The notes under the pieces were generated by a model. That model saw only the letters and a program-made list of their open reading frames with translations. It did no database searches and had not been told where the DNA came from. From a virus (lineage: Duplodnaviria > Caudoviricetes): a stretch of DNA of 64,000 nucleotides. Below are positions 63,880-64,000 of the stretch, piece by piece; the first letter of the stretch is position 1; every line of letters begins with the position of its first letter. The stretch spans positions 63,492 to 127,491 of the IMG/VR virus record IMGVR_UViG_3300031993_000027; one strand, written 5' to 3'. The translations under genes were made by a program, and so were the position numbers.

Positions 63880-64000
63880 TCTTTATCACCTCTCATACTC
63901 TTTTAAAGAAAAATTCATAGTTCCATATTTTTTATATTTAATATACTGATAAGCATATTCAACCAAAGCACCTATCAATGTTGAATGTTGATAATAATTT

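Noticed and set aside
1-64000. CRISPR array or diversity-generating retroelement
   Set aside because: No regularly spaced repeats, no reverse transcriptase, and no adenine-specific TR/VR pair seen; the 44-bp LRR-gene repeat is exact.
1-64000. Stop-codon reassignment as in some gut jumbo phages
   Set aside because: Long conserved genes are intact in code 11, and TAA, TGA and TAG all end genes at sensible boundaries; no suppressor tRNA seen.

Overview
64 kb of a large tailed dsDNA phage genome, probably a T4-like-capsid or jumbo type. The host is probably a Bacillota (Clostridia-like) bacterium, inferred from strong AGGAG Shine-Dalgarno sites, sigmaA-type promoters, a SleB hydrolase, an LL-H holin and ArdA. 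Essentially all real genes are on the minus strand and use the standard code. Recognisable genes: T4 gp20-like portal; a terminase large subunit split over two genes, with one cis mini-intein and one apparently natural split intein; a GroES-like co-chaperonin; endolysin and holin; tail/baseplate proteins; two solo TnpB nucleases with omegaRNA-like 3' regions; a DNA methyltransferase interrupted at a G7 tract; ArdA, Lar, a Doc toxin, a nucleotidyltransferase, a PRTase and two paralogous BspA-type LRR proteins. A tRNA operon holds Glu, Ser and Gln tRNAs plus three enlarged or atypical tRNA-like RNAs. The main finding is that about 24 otherwise unrelated proteins between 12 and 51 kb share a 6-9 aa N-terminal leader (MIRVxE / MKLNLFE type). 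The leader ends at a hydrophobic-x-Glu site and also recurs inside fusion proteins at domain boundaries. It resembles a capsid-targeting plus prohead-protease cleavage tag on a large, modular set of virion-packaged cargo proteins (inference). Two recurring cis motifs were also found: TAGGGTA inside 8 sigmaA promoters, and a bipartite GATTYAA-N10-TCGTTAAGA element in 6 copies. All family calls come from motif recognition by eye; no searches were run.
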